From positions 1 through 34,410 of the forward strand of contig JAAXQD010000119.1 in the NCBI GenBank assembly GCA_012974475.1: a stretch of 34,410 bases of DNA, written 5' to 3'. Source of the DNA: Desulfobacterales bacterium (GTDB lineage Bacteria > Desulfobacterota > Desulfobacteria > Desulfobacterales > UBA11574). This document shows positions 17,217-25,716 of the stretch, one piece after another. The notes beneath the pieces are model-generated. The model saw nothing but the letters and a program-made list of their open reading frames with translations. It ran no database searches and was not told the DNA's origin. Numbering within the stretch: position 1 is the first letter of the stretch; every line of letters starts with the position of its first letter. Position numbers and translations under genes: made by a program.

Positions 17217-19658
17217 GTGACATCCGCTTCGATTTACATAGAGGTCGCCATTGCCCTTCCGGTACATAACACGTATACATACCGGGTTCCGGAAGGCCTT
17301 TCAGCGCTGGCCACCACAGGAAAAAGGGTCCTTGTTCCGTTTGGTCGGCGCAGGGTAACGGGATATATTTTGGGTTCCTGCAAAGAAATCCATCCGGAAG
17401 AGATAAAAACGGTTCTGGATATCCTTGACGAATCGTCGCTGTTTCCGTCATCCATGATACCTTTCTTTAGATGGATTGCCGATTACTACATGCATCCCAT
17501 CGGAGATGTCATCAAGAGCGCACTGCCGGGCGGACTCAATGTTTGCGACGACCACATTGTGAGTATTACGGCAAAAGGGGAACAAGCCCTTGTCAAGAAT
17601 TCGGTGACACCTTTGGAAAGCGAGATTTTAAATCTGCTGACCACAGCACCCTGCCGCCTAAAAGAACTCCGAAAAAAACTCCACAAGCAAATCCCCAATG
17701 CCCTGATGTATGCCATGGAAAATCGAGGACATATTGAGCACTCATGCAAACTTAAAGGTGGAACAACAAAGCCGAAGGTAGAACGGCATGTGGCGTTGAC
17801 CGGTTCAAATATGCCCGTGGACGGTCTTTCCAAATCAAGAAAAAAAATCCTTGAGATGATCGAAGCGCAGGGTGAAATCTCGGCGAGAAAATTAAAGGCC
17901 GTGGTTCCGTCTGCCCCGAACTTAATCAAACATTTAGAAGCGGACGGTTATATTTCAATTTTTTATAAAAGGGTTTATCGCGATCCCTTTGGTGAAACCA
18001 TCAACTCGGACATCCCGCACAATCTTACCCAGGAACAAACAACGGTGGTCTCCACCGTAATGGCATCTCTGGGTCAAAAATTTTCAACCTACCTTTTAAT
18101 CGGCGTGACCGGCAGCGGCAAGACCGAAGTTTACATGCAACTTGCGGCAAAGGCCATCGACGGCGGTTATTCCGTTTTAGTTCTGGTTCCCGAAATCGCC
18201 CTTATATCACAGATGGAGCGGCGTTTCCGGGCACGATTTGGTGAGCGCGTCGCCGTTCTTCACAGCGCACTTTCTCCGGGAGAACGCTATGATCAGTGGA
18301 CCCGAATTGTACGGGGTGAGGTCGCCATCGCCATTGGCGCCAGATCTGCCGTTTTTGCACCGTTAAAAAATATCGGCATTATCATCGTCGATGAAGAACA
18401 TGACACATCCTACAAACAGGACAGTCGTTTGCGATACAATGCCAGAGATCTTGCCGTCGTAAGGGCAAAGCTTCAAAACGGTGTTGCCCTTCTGGGATCC
18501 GCCACGCCGTCTCTACAGTCCTACTATAATGTTAAAACAAATAAATTTAAGGGGGTTACACTAAAGAAACGTGTTGAAAAACGACCGCTGCCCAAAATAA
18601 CAATGATCGATCTGCGAAAAAATAGAGATGTCAGGGGAATCCAGCGTTTTATTACTTCCGAACTCCACGAGGCAATGAGAACAACCCTTGCGCGTGGTGA
18701 GCAGGTTCTCCTTTTTCTGAACCGGCGAGGCTTCGCCAGCTATCCGGTCTGCTCAGCCTGTGGTGAAGCCATACAATGTAAGAACTGTGACATTTCTCTG
18801 ACACTGCACCAAACGGCCAATGCATATAAATGTCATTACTGTGGTTTTACACGGGCGGCGGTATCGAACTGCAAGACCTGCGGGTCCTCAAAGATAAGGC
18901 TGCTGGGACTCGGCACTGAAAAGATCGAATCTACGGTGAAGACCCTTTTTCCGGATGCCACCGTGGCCAGGATGGATCGTGATACCACCCGGAGAAAAGG
19001 ATCGATTATCAAGATACTGAAAGGCCTGAGAAACCAAACCATCGATGTTCTGGTGGGAACTCAGATGGTGGCCAAAGGACATGACTATCCGAATATTACC
19101 CTGGTGGGTATTATCTGTGCAGATCTCTCTCTCAACTTTCCGGACTTTCGAGCCGCAGAACGAACCTTTCAGCTTCTGGCCCAGGTCGCCGGACGTGCCG
19201 GACGGGGGTCTGTGCCCGGCAATGTAATCCTTCAAACCTACAACCCAGATCACTTCAGCATCTTATCTGCGACAGCTCAGGACTTTCAGGCCTTTTACAA
19301 CGATGAGATAGGGTTCCGCGAAAATCTGAATTATCCCCCATTTTCAAGAATGGTCCAACTTAAAATATCCGGGAAAAACAAGGAAAAAACCCGGGACCAT
19401 GCCCAGGCGTTGGGAGATCTCTGCTTTGATTTAAAAAGAAACGATCGATCCTTTTTGAGATCTTTGGAGATTTTAGGCCCCATTGAAGCGCCGATCCCAA
19501 AGATTGCCAAACACTACCGTTGGCAAATATTATTAAAAGGCCGAAGCGTTAAACCGCTCCGCGAGTTTCTTCACAAGGTGTGGTTTGAGAACAGGGCTGC
19601 CATCCAAAACCGGGATGTCAAGGTTGTTCTGGACGTGGACCCGTTTTTTATGACTTAA
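17217..19658 (+). CDS. priA: Primosomal protein N' (replication restart helicase)
   Basis: GVTGSGKT, LVPEIAL, DEEH, SATPS, LNRRG, four CxxC zinc motifs, QVAGRAGR, LDVDP. Confidence 0.97.
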   Translation: MTSASIYIEVAIALPVHNTYTYRVPEGLSALATTGKRVLVPFGRRRVTGYILGSCKEIHPEEIKTVLDILDESSLFPSSMIPFFRWIADYYMHPIGDVIKSALPGGLNVCDDHIVSITAKGEQALVKNSVTPLESEILNLLTTAPCRLKELRKKLHKQIPNALMYAMENRGHIEHSCKLKGGTTKPKVERHVALTGSNMPVDGLSKSRKKILEMIEAQGEISARKLKAVVPSAPNLIKHLEADGYISIFYKRVYRDPFGETINSDIPHNLTQEQTTVVSTVMASLGQKFSTYLLIGVTGSGKTEVYMQLAAKAIDGGYSVLVLVPEIALISQMERRFRARFGERVAVLHSALSPGERYDQWTRIVRGEVAIAIGARSAVFAPLKNIGIIIVDEEHDTSYKQDSRLRYNARDLAVVRAKLQNGVALLGSATPSLQSYYNVKTNKFKGVTLKKRVEKRPLPKITMIDLRKNRDVRGIQRFITSELHEAMRTTLARGEQVLLFLNRRGFASYPVCSACGEAIQCKNCDISLTLHQTANAYKCHYCGFTRAAVSNCKTCGSSKIRLLGLGTEKIESTVKTLFPDATVARMDRDTTRRKGSIIKILKGLRNQTIDVLVGTQMVAKGHDYPNITLVGIICADLSLNFPDFRAAERTFQLLAQVAGRAGRGSVPGNVILQTYNPDHFSILSATAQDFQAFYNDEIGFRENLNYPPFSRMVQLKISGKNKEKTRDHAQALGDLCFDLKRNDRSFLRSLEILGPIEAPIPKIAKHYRWQILLKGRSVKPLREFLHKVWFENRAAIQNRDVKVVLDVDPFFMT

Positions 19659-19743
19659 ATCCTGTATTCAGATACGGGTTGCCTGGCGTTTGCCGTGTCG
19701 ATCCTTGCACAGGCAAAACAAACGGAACAGCTTAAAACAAAAA

Positions 19744-19775
19744 GATGCAACTTGACATTACAAAGGATGCAACTT
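19744..19775 (+). promoter_or_regulatory. Direct-repeat operator candidate overlapping a -35 box
   Basis: GATGCAACTT at 19744-19753 and 19766-19775 (22-bp period); TTGACA at 19752-19757. Confidence 0.45.
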
Positions 19776-19875
19776 AAGTAGTCTGTTCATGCCCTGTCGA
19801 GCAACCGGATGATGGGCCCCAAGATCCGATTTCTCAAACCCAATTACCACATATTATATATAGGAATTTTTCAAC

Positions 19876-20607
19876 ATGAAATTTAAAATCTGTGCTGCTT
19901 TCTTTCTACTGTTCTGCTTGGTTTTTTCCCAAACCAGTGCTTTTGGCGCCTCGAAACAAACGCCTCAATCACCATCCGCCGTTGTACCGGAAAGCCGTTA
20001 CACCTTTGCTCAAGTTGCAGACGGCACTGAAGTAACCCATGGTTTTGTTATACAAAACAAAGGAACCGCTCTGCTGAAGATCGAGAGCGTCAAAACCGGG
20101 TGAGGGTGCACCGCTGTCTCATACCCGAGACAGATCCCTGCCGGCGGCGAGGGAAAGGTTGTCATCAAAGTCGATACATCGGGCTACGGTGGAAGAACGA
20201 TGACCAAAACCATAACGGTCAAAACCAATGCACCCGACCAACCCGTACTTCATCTGATCGTTTCTGGTAATGTTGAAAACTTTGTTACCATCGTCCCGAA
20301 GCGGGCCACTCTCCGCGGTTTTCCCGGCGATAAAATAATATCAACCGTAAAGATCATACCTGAAAAAAAGTATCCGTTCAGAATTTCCGACGTCACGGCA
20401 ATTAATGGCAAATACATCCGTTATACACTGGAAAAAAATAAATCTTCAGAAAATATGGAATATGTTCTGACGGTTGAAAACCTGAAAAATGATAAGGGCC
20501 GCTATTTTGATACCATCAAATTAACAACGGACAGCAAAATACGGCCGGAGATCAAAATCTATGTTTACGGTTACATCTCAGACCGGCCGACAAACCCCAA
20601 AAAATAA
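19876..20607 (+). CDS. Exported DUF1573-type (Ig-like) protein with in-frame UGA; putative selenoprotein (U-G-C motif), 243 aa
   Basis: ORFs 19876..20103 and 20200..20607 share a frame. The 32 intervening codons are open (GCTAVSYPRQIPAGGEGKVVIKVDTSGYGGRT) and complete the DUF1573 pattern F.I.N.G...L.I..V...CGCT......I.PG. TGA 20101-20103 occupies the first Cys position. Confidence 0.8.
20114..20133 (+). promoter_or_regulatory. SECIS-like hairpin after the DUF1573 UGA (non-canonical loop)
   Basis: CTGTCTC [ATACCC] GAGACAG, a perfect 7-bp stem starting 10 nt after UGA, with the loop 17 nt after UGA. Confidence 0.55.
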
Positions 20608-20608
20608 G

Positions 20609-21253
20609 ATGAAAAATATCAAAGTTGTTGCTTTCGATTGTGACGGCGTTATGTTCGACACAACCAAGGCAAACATTGCTTACTATAATCAGATATTGGA
20701 CCATCTCGGTCAGCCGCCATTGACCCCCGATCAATTTGCTTACTGTCACAGCCATACCGTAGACCAATCCATTGAATTCCTCTGTAATGACCCGGAAAAT
20801 ATCCAGGCGGCCCAGAGTTATCGGAAAAATATGAGCTATCTCCCGTTTTTAAAATATATGGTCATAGAACCCCATTTAAAACAGCTACTTAAAATGCTCA
20901 GGCCGACATATAAAACCGCAGTTGCAACCAACCGATCGGACACCATGGACCGGGTTCTCAAAGAACACGGCCTGGAAGGGTATTTTGACCTTGTGGTCAG
21001 TTCCATGGACGTGGAGCGTCCCAAACCTCACCCAGACCCGCTGATCAAGATTCTGGACCATTTTGGAATAGAACCGAACCATGCGTTATATGTAGGGGAT
21101 TCGAACCTCGACGAAATTGCGGCAAAAGCCGCGGGGATGCCGTTTGTGGCGTATCAAAACAGATCCCTTTCCGCTGAGTTTCATATACACAGCTTGAAAG
21201 AAATCACAAAGATCCTTGATTTAGAAATAGGGTGGCAAGAAGACGTCACATAA
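20609..21253 (+). CDS. HAD-family hydrolase (phosphoglycolate phosphatase-like)
   Basis: FDCDGV, VATNR, KPHP, YVGDS..D; ATG 1 nt after the upstream stop. Confidence 0.9.
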   Translation: MKNIKVVAFDCDGVMFDTTKANIAYYNQILDHLGQPPLTPDQFAYCHSHTVDQSIEFLCNDPENIQAAQSYRKNMSYLPFLKYMVIEPHLKQLLKMLRPTYKTAVATNRSDTMDRVLKEHGLEGYFDLVVSSMDVERPKPHPDPLIKILDHFGIEPNHALYVGDSNLDEIAAKAAGMPFVAYQNRSLSAEFHIHSLKEITKILDLEIGWQEDVT

Positions 21254-21313
21254 AAAACATTGACTTCCATGGATTGAAGAAAATCTGCGCTGTAAATTTA
21301 TTATATGGGTCGG

Positions 21314-21538
21314 TTATTGGTTGCCCAACCCATTGTTATCACCGCAGTCCGGGCATTCCCAGGTTATTCCGTTGCAAGACATCCCCCAGAAATTTTCCAA
21401 CATGCATTCCTGACAAATAGCAAAGCCGCACCGGCATCTCCAGCAGAAAAGTGGTTTCTCCCTGCAGCAATGGCAGCCGCTTTGTCTGCCAATGCGGCGT
21501 CTTTCTCTATAAGGCGTTCTTTTTACAGAGTTTTTCAT
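21314..21538 (-). CDS. Small Cys-rich protein, C4C4 RING-like zinc finger
   Basis: 11 Cys in 74 aa; spacing C-X2-C-X9-C-X-C-X4-C-X2-C-X16-C-X2-C; start overlaps the upstream gene end. Confidence 0.7.
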   Translation of the reverse strand: MKNSVKRTPYRERRRIGRQSGCHCCREKPLFCWRCRCGFAICQECMLENFWGMSCNGITWECPDCGDNNGLGNQ

Positions 21539-21941
21539 GTTCGATCTTTATACATTTGTTCGTTACCACATCAACGCCTGCTTCTGTTAACAGTGCTGCA
21601 GCTTCCGGGTTTTCGATGTTCAGCTGCATCCAGAAGACTTTCGGCGACAGGCGGGCGGCTTCAAGGGCATGGGGCACAATCTGTGCGGAATTTCTGAATA
21701 CGTCCACAATATCCACTTTTTCCTGGATATCATCGAGTGTGGCATGGGCTTTTTCTCCCAGAATTTCTTTTTGCCCGGGCCGGACCGGAATTATTCTGTA
21801 TCCTTGATTTTTGAGATATTTTGCGACCTTATTGGAGTCCCTTTCGGGTTTGGGGCTTAAACCCACGATGGCAATGGTCTTTGCATTTTCGAGTGTTCTT
21901 TTGATTTCATCATCTTCGGTAATTATCTTGCCGGGTTTCAT
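21507..21941 (-). CDS. CoA-binding protein (YccU-like)
   Basis: IAIVGLSPKPERDS, VDIVDVFR, WMQL, NKCIKIEH. Confidence 0.92.
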   Translation of the reverse strand: MKPGKIITEDDEIKRTLENAKTIAIVGLSPKPERDSNKVAKYLKNQGYRIIPVRPGQKEILGEKAHATLDDIQEKVDIVDVFRNSAQIVPHALEAARLSPKVFWMQLNIENPEAAALLTEAGVDVVTNKCIKIEHEKLCKKNAL

Positions 21942-22098
21942 TTTATAATTCCTTAAGCGATCTTGCTGTTTTACTGAATTACTGATAGGAACAGAACGGT
22001 CAACAACACATTATGGTAGAAAATTAATGCAACAAAGGATCCATGTCAACCGGCACCGAGCCGGAACGAACACAGCCCGCAACACCATCTGAAACCAT

Positions 22099-24777
22099 AT
22101 GAAAAATGACAGAACAGTATATCTTATAGACGGCAGTGCATATATTTACCGTGCCTACCACGCCATACGGGGGTTGAGCAATTCAAAGGGCCTTCCAACA
22201 AATGCAGCGTTCGGGTTCACCCGAATGTTAATAAAACTCATTGAAGATCGATCCCCGGAGTATGTGGTGATGTTTTTTGATGCCAAGGGACCGACTTTCC
22301 GGCACGAAATATACCCGGACTACAAAGCCAATCGTCCCCCCATGCCTGAAGACTTGTCGGTTCAAGTCCCCTATATAAAGAAAATCACCCATGGATTCAA
22401 CATCCCGGTTATGGAAATGCAGGGTTTTGAGGCGGATGATCTTATCGGCACTTTCAGACGACGGGCTGAGGCAGCCGGATTTTCGGTTGTAATGGTCACC
22501 GGGGACAAAGATTTCGTGCAGCTGGTCACCGATACGACCATTATCTGGGATCCCATGAAAGAAAAAATCATCGATTTAGAAGGCGTTAGAAAATCTTTTG
22601 GTGTTGAGCCCGAACAAATGATCGATGTTATGGCGCTTTCCGGCGATTCGTCGGACAATATCCCCGGCGTTCCCGGTATCGGATCCAAAACCGCCCTGTC
22701 TTTGATTCAAACCTACGGAAACCTTGAGCATCTTTATGAACAAATCGAAACGATTACAAAGAAAAAACAGCATCAAAATCTTGTTCAATACAAAGACCAG
22801 GCCTTTTTGAGCAAAAAGCTGGTTAAAATCGATACGGATGCGCCGGTTCCATTCAATCCTGAAAACTTAAAATGCCAACCACCGGACAACAGCAAACTGT
22901 CTGGCCTTTTTAAAAAGTTGGAATTCAGGCAATTGCAGCGGGCCTTCCCTCAGAAGGCCGATCTTTCAAATAAAAATTACCGTCCGATATTTGACATGTC
23001 GGCTCTGTCGGATCTGCTCGTTCTTCTGGAAACAGCCGAAATATTCGCCGTCGACACCGAAACCACCTCCAAGAATCCCATGGAGGCACGGATCGTAGGT
23101 TTGTCCTTTTCCATTAAGCCTCATGAGGCGTTTTATATTCCCTGTGCCCATACGTATCCGGGTGCTCCTGCACAGCTGGCGCTTAAAGAAGTATTGAAAC
23201 AGTTGATACCGGTGCTGGAAAATCCCAAGATCAAAAAGGTCGGTCAAAATATAAAATATGACTGGATGGTTCTTAAGCGACACGGAATAAACCTGGCTGG
23301 CGTTATTTTCGACACCATGTTGGCATCCTATTTGATCGACCCTTCAAAACGTGCCCACAACCTGGACCAGATCGCCCTCGATTTTCTGGATCACAAAACA
23401 ATTACCTACGAGGAAGTTGCAGGCAAAGGCAAAAAGAACATTAGTTTTGCAGACATTCCCATTGAAAAGGCCGCCCCCTATTCTTGCGAAGATGCAGATG
23501 TTACCTTAGCAGCCTATCATGTTCTGATGCCGAAAATCAAAGCCTCCGGTTTGATGGAACTGTTTGAAAAAGTCGAAATGCCCCTGGTGCCTGTTTTGAT
23601 GAAGATGGAAATGACCGGGATATGTGTCGATCGGGAAAAGCTCCAGGATCTCTCAAAATCGTTTGAACACCAGCTCGAGTTGCTCGAAAAAATGATATAT
23701 TCAATTGCCGGAGAAGAATTTAATATAAAATCGACCCAGCAGCTTGGAAAGATACTGTTTGAAAAACTCAAACTGCCGGTTCAAAAAAAGACCAAGAAAA
23801 AAACCGGATATTCAACGGATGTTAGCGTGTTGACATCCCTTGCAGACAAGCATGAACTCCCTGAACTAATTTTAAGACACAGAACCCTTGCCAAGCTGAA
23901 ATCGACCTATACGGATGCCCTGCTCGATATCGTTCACCCGGAAACCGGAAGAATTCATACCTCCTACAACCAAACGGTGACCGCCACCGGAAGATTGAGC
24001 AGCTCTGATCCGAACTTGCAGAATATACCCATCCGAACCGAAGAGGGGATAGAAATTCGCAGAGCATTTATTCCCAGAAAAGGGTGGACGTTGGTTTCCG
24101 CAGATTATTCCCAGATAGAACTCCGTATCCTGGCCCATTATGCCGATGATGAAATTTTGATTCAAGCTTTCAAAGCTGATGAGGACATTCATACACGAAC
24201 CGCAACAGAAGTGTTCCAGGTCTTTCCGTCGTTTATAACGTCGGAATTGCGACGGCAGGCCAAAGTGATCAATTTCGGTATTGTATATGGCATGAGTCCT
24301 TTCGGCCTTTCCAGAGAGCTGGGCATCAGCCGTAAAATGGCCAAAACCTATATCGACAATTATTTCTCCAGATATAAAGGTGTGAAAAGGTTTATCGACC
24401 AGGCCATCGAAGATGCCAGAAAGACCCAAAGAACCAGTACCCTTCTGGGGCGAATCAGACTTCTGCCGGACATCAACAGCCCCAACAAAATGGTCCGGGA
24501 GTTTGCAGAACGTACCGCCATCAATACACCGGTGCAGGGGACAGCCGCGGACCTTATCAAACTGGCCATGATTTATGTGAACACCGCCTTCGGAGAAAAA
24601 GGCTTTAAAAGTGCGATGCTCCTTTCAGTGCATGATGAAATCGTATTTGAAGTCCCGCCTGAAGAGCTCGAACCCGTTAAAAATCTTGTGAAAAAAACCA
24701 TGGAAGGAATCTGGGATCTCAAGGTGCCCCTGAAGGTGAATGTGGTATCGGGCAGTAATTGGGCTGAAGCCCACTAA
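22099..24777 (+). CDS. polA: DNA polymerase I
   Basis: 5'-3' exonuclease (LIDGS..YRAYH, EADD); intact 3'-5' exonuclease motifs (DTETT, QNIKYD, YSCED); polymerase motifs DYSQIELR, R..AK..NFG..YG, VHDE. Confidence 0.98.
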   Translation: MKNDRTVYLIDGSAYIYRAYHAIRGLSNSKGLPTNAAFGFTRMLIKLIEDRSPEYVVMFFDAKGPTFRHEIYPDYKANRPPMPEDLSVQVPYIKKITHGFNIPVMEMQGFEADDLIGTFRRRAEAAGFSVVMVTGDKDFVQLVTDTTIIWDPMKEKIIDLEGVRKSFGVEPEQMIDVMALSGDSSDNIPGVPGIGSKTALSLIQTYGNLEHLYEQIETITKKKQHQNLVQYKDQAFLSKKLVKIDTDAPVPFNPENLKCQPPDNSKLSGLFKKLEFRQLQRAFPQKADLSNKNYRPIFDMSALSDLLVLLETAEIFAVDTETTSKNPMEARIVGLSFSIKPHEAFYIPCAHTYPGAPAQLALKEVLKQLIPVLENPKIKKVGQNIKYDWMVLKRHGINLAGVIFDTMLASYLIDPSKRAHNLDQIALDFLDHKTITYEEVAGKGKKNISFADIPIEKAAPYSCEDADVTLAAYHVLMPKIKASGLMELFEKVEMPLVPVLMKMEMTGICVDREKLQDLSKSFEHQLELLEKMIYSIAGEEFNIKSTQQLGKILFEKLKLPVQKKTKKKTGYSTDVSVLTSLADKHELPELILRHRTLAKLKSTYTDALLDIVHPETGRIHTSYNQTVTATGRLSSSDPNLQNIPIRTEEGIEIRRAFIPRKGWTLVSADYSQIELRILAHYADDEILIQAFKADEDIHTRTATEVFQVFPSFITSELRRQAKVINFGIVYGMSPFGLSRELGISRKMAKTYIDNYFSRYKGVKRFIDQAIEDARKTQRTSTLLGRIRLLPDINSPNKMVREFAERTAINTPVQGTAADLIKLAMIYVNTAFGEKGFKSAMLLSVHDEIVFEVPPEELEPVKNLVKKTMEGIWDLKVPLKVNVVSGSNWAEAH

Positions 24778-24826
24778 CCCGGATTTCTCATTAAACACGT
24801 ATTCGATTTTTCGAAACCGTCACCGC

Positions 24827-25000
24827 TTACGCTTCGGATTTCTCGGGAGTTTCTTCCAAACCTTTCACTGTTTCTTCCACAGTTTGGTAGATAGACTTGA
24901 ATGTCTCGTGAAAACCGGCGGGGCCCAGCCTTCCGGTTTCGATGAATTTCACAACGATTTCTTTGGTGGATCTGAGAATCAGCTCATCGACAGAACTCAT
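24827..25000 (-). CDS. Small helical protein (57 aa), MucR/Ros N-terminal-like pattern
   Basis: ATG 25000 after AAAGGTG RBS; MSSVDELILRSTKEIVVKFIETGRLGPAGFHETFKSIYQTV. Confidence 0.75.
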   Translation of the reverse strand: MSSVDELILRSTKEIVVKFIETGRLGPAGFHETFKSIYQTVEETVKGLEETPEKSEA

Positions 25001-25203
25001 TTGCGGCACCTTTCGTTAGGAGTTTTTACAATAAAATTGATCTGTTAACAGAAAAAACCTTCGATGTCAAGATTCTCACGAACCGTTTTGTCCCCGGCAG
25101 TTAAAAAATAATAAGGGTTTATTTGACACCAAACGTTTTCTTAATTATTAAAAGAGTGGATAATACCGGCCCATTGAAAATTTTCAATCTATTTTCAATG
25201 AAC

Positions 25204-25274
25204 TACCCCGCAGCAGAGCTGCGAGGTATCAAAATGAATTTTTATCTTATTAACCCCGATGCAGAGCATCGAGG
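25204..25274. repeat. Tandem pair of REP-like hairpins
   Basis: CCCCG-CA-GCAGAGC-TG-CGAGG (from 25206) and CCCCG-AT-GCAGAGC-AT-CGAGG (from 25254), with compensatory substitutions. Confidence 0.75.
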
Positions 25275-25308
25275 AATTCTTTTGATTAAATTATAATGGA
25301 GCAAGGAA

Positions 25309-25716
25309 ATGATACCACCTTTTGAAAAGCATATAAAATACAATATTGAAAGTCCGGACATTGTAAAAACCGACGTTCTGACGCCCATCGAATATCAATA
25401 TCGATCCCGAAGAGACGTTGATATCGTCATCCGACAACCGGAATACACATCGGTATGTCCCATGACCGGATTGCCCGACATAGGATGCATAACCATTAAG
25501 TACCGGCCGGACGAGAAACTCGTTGAACTGAAATCCTTGAAATTTTATCTGTTGCAGTACCGAAACGTCGGTATTTTTTATGAGCATGTGGCCAACCGGA
25601 TTCTCGATGATCTTGTTGCCGTTCTGTCGCCCAAATTTATGGAGGTTACCGGGGATTTCACAGCCAGAGGCGGAATCACGGCCAGAGTTACGGCGGTCTT
25701 CGAGGGGAAGACATAA
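25309..25716 (+). CDS. queF: NADPH-dependent 7-cyano-7-deazaguanine reductase (preQ1 synthase), unimodular
   Basis: EYTSVCPMTGLPD, VELKSLKFYL (QueF motif), YEH, ARGGI. Confidence 0.93.
   Translation: MIPPFEKHIKYNIESPDIVKTDVLTPIEYQYRSRRDVDIVIRQPEYTSVCPMTGLPDIGCITIKYRPDEKLVELKSLKFYLLQYRNVGIFYEHVANRILDDLVAVLSPKFMEVTGDFTARGGITARVTAVFEGKT

Noticed and set aside
21305-21697. 130-aa plus-strand ORF
   Set aside because: Lies antisense to the CoA-binding gene and the Cys-rich gene, which have clear motifs
25150-25308. preQ1 riboswitch upstream of queF
   Set aside because: No recognisable preQ1 stem-loop with an A-rich tail; only the REP-like hairpins are present
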